Shown here: one piece after another, positions 63,461-64,000 of the stretch
Position numbering within the stretch: the stretch's first letter is position 1
Layout: each line of letters begins with the position of its first letter
NCBI GenBank assembly: GCA_013265495.1
Contig: MU058844.1
Coordinates: 13,476,184-13,540,183 of the forward strand
Origin: Vicugna vicugna
Taxonomy: Eukaryota
Length of the DNA: 64,000 nt
Direction of reading: 5' to 3'
Position numbers and translations under genes: made by a program
Notes under the pieces: model-generated
The model's database searches: none
What the model saw: only the letters and a program-made list of their open reading frames with translations
Told to the model about the DNA's origin: nothing

Positions 63461-64000
63461 CATTGACTTTTAAATAAATGATATATATATGCATGTGTGC
63501 CTATATTTGTTTGGAGGAATTTGAAAAACTATGTGCGATACTTCTAGTCAACATTACATTGGATTTTTTAGAAACAGTGGAAAAATTATTCTCACAAAAG
63601 TCTTATGCCTTAATCTGGACAGATTACATACATTACCCAAGTTAACACTATAAACAGTATAGTTAAAGCTATACTTGGTAAACAGCTTTGATCACTAAAG
63701 AATGAACAACCGTGTTCTCAGCCCTGGTGTCCCTCTGTGTCTCTGCGTGATGCTCTCTCTGAAGGCGATAGGGGAACAGAAGATGGTCAGGATGGAACTG
63801 AAAATTGAAGGTAGATTAATCTAGTCTCCTAACAAATTGAATTACTGAAAATGTCAAAAAGCCTGTGCCTCACTTACTGATATTAGTCAATTCAGGATAA
63901 AGCAGAGAGTTGAGGATGGCAGAGTCAAATTTATGCTTGGGGAGATTTTGGCTTACGTTTTTCTTTTAAATGGTGATGCAGGAGAAGGCATGAAGAACAG

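Overview
This is AT-rich, CpG-depleted, non-coding eutherian mammal DNA. It is most likely camelid (alpaca, vicuna or camel), inferred from several copies of a tRNA-Ala-derived SINE that resemble the camelid Vic-1 family, plus artiodactyl-type L1 3' ends and ERV1 LTRs. No protein-coding gene is supported: every listed ORF is short and either falls in a repeat, microsatellite or N-gap, or has no recognisable protein content. A large fraction of the window is interspersed repeat (L1, L2, MIR, MLT/ERVL/ERV1 LTRs, hAT and Tigger DNA-transposon relics). The rest contains a small orphan CpG island (~38.9-39.3 kb), a second CpG- and motif-rich element (~52.8-53.1 kb) and several homeodomain-motif-rich repeat-free blocks that look like conserved non-coding enhancers. 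Other points of note are a MER41-like solo LTR with a STAT-type site, a 30-bp minisatellite born inside an L2, and a probably false assembly gap. I did not find a convincing novel biological system; the best leads are regulatory. Repeat family names are recognised from memory of consensus sequences, and boundaries are approximate unless target-site duplications (TSDs) are quoted.
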